Below are positions 63,602 through 64,000 of a DNA stretch of 64,000 nt, one piece after another. The stretch is from positions 62,309 through 126,308 of IMG/VR virus record IMGVR_UViG_3300049440_000308. One strand, 5' to 3'. Position numbers and translations under genes: made by a program. Positions within the stretch are counted from its first letter, which is position 1. Each line of letters begins with the position of its first letter. The notes beneath the pieces were generated by a model. That model searched no databases, was not told the origin of the DNA, and was given only the letters and a program-made list of their open reading frames with translations. The stretch comes from a virus.

Positions 63602-63930
63602 GCGGCGGTCCGCTTTCCGCCGGCCTTGCCCCGCTGCTTCGGCGGGGTCCCCTGCGAGCGGGGCGCCGCGGTAGTGCCCCTCGGCCTGCCCGGCCTGTTC
63701 AGGAGGCGGGCGATCTCCGCGAGGTTCGCCGGGGAGAACACCTTCGACCGGCCCACCTGCGTACAGGGGAACTCGCCGCTGCGGGCCCGCTTCAGCAGCC
63801 AGTAGCCGGTCGTCCGCCCGGAGGGGTCAAGGATCAGCGCGGCCTCGTCGGCCGGGTAAAGGATCGGGGCGCCCGCCGCGGCGAGTTCTTCCGGTGAGCG
63901 CCGTTCCGGTGACGGGCGTTCCATCAGCAT
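63598..63930 (-). CDS. HTH (excisionase-like) DNA-binding protein
   Basis: LYPADEAALIL...WLLKRARSGEFPCTQVGRSKVFS; GGAAGG SD. Confidence 0.7.
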   Translation of the reverse strand: MLMERPSPERRSPEELAAAGAPILYPADEAALILDPSGRTTGYWLLKRARSGEFPCTQVGRSKVFSPANLAEIARLLNRPGRPRGTTAAPRSQGTPPKQRGKAGGKRTAA

Positions 63931-64000
63931 TCCTTCCCTGCCTGCTCGAGCCGTGCCAGCAGGTCCGCGTACCGGGCGGCCCGGTCGCCGTGCGGCTTCC

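Noticed and set aside
1-64000. att sites, cos/pac ends, integrase or repressor
   Set aside because: No such genes or terminal repeats are recognisable in the window; lifestyle and genome ends cannot be determined.

Overview
This window is 64 kb of a very GC-rich actinobacterial tailed phage or prophage with a siphovirus-type gene order. From 1 to about 3.9 kb there are small rightward hypothetical genes. A long rightward late region (4.2-59.5 kb) follows: holin-like gene, small and large terminase, portal, MuF-like head morphogenesis protein with an intein, large head-associated polyproteins, Mu-like prohead protease/scaffold, decoration protein, major capsid, head-tail and tail completion proteins, major tail protein, tail chaperones, tape measure, distal tail and fibre-like proteins. 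Two orphan DNA methyltransferases and an inverted HNH gene are inserted in it. From 59.6 to 64 kb there are leftward genes, including a near-copy of the developmental regulator BldC. No integrase, polymerase, tRNA or CRISPR array is visible. The most striking hidden system is translational recoding at the very rare Leu codon TTA. The terminase Walker A motif and the portal N-terminus are broken by short inserts (GGA-TTAA-GGA; TAT-TTAG; GGC-TTACCCACCTC-GGC) that restore the expected protein only if the ribosome hops from the codon 5' of TTA to a matching codon downstream. The other in-frame TTA codons I found sit at gene ends. Together with the phage BldC, this suggests DNA packaging is gated by host developmental state (inference). 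Other highlights: an intein whose endonuclease is encoded on the opposite strand; a CCCAAAA -1 frameshift fusing an ADP-ribosyltransferase/2H-phosphoesterase protein to a HExxH domain; a recurring putative protease-cleavage motif in head proteins; and a TGCACGTGCA promoter motif at four operon starts. All family assignments come from motif recognition by eye, not database searches.
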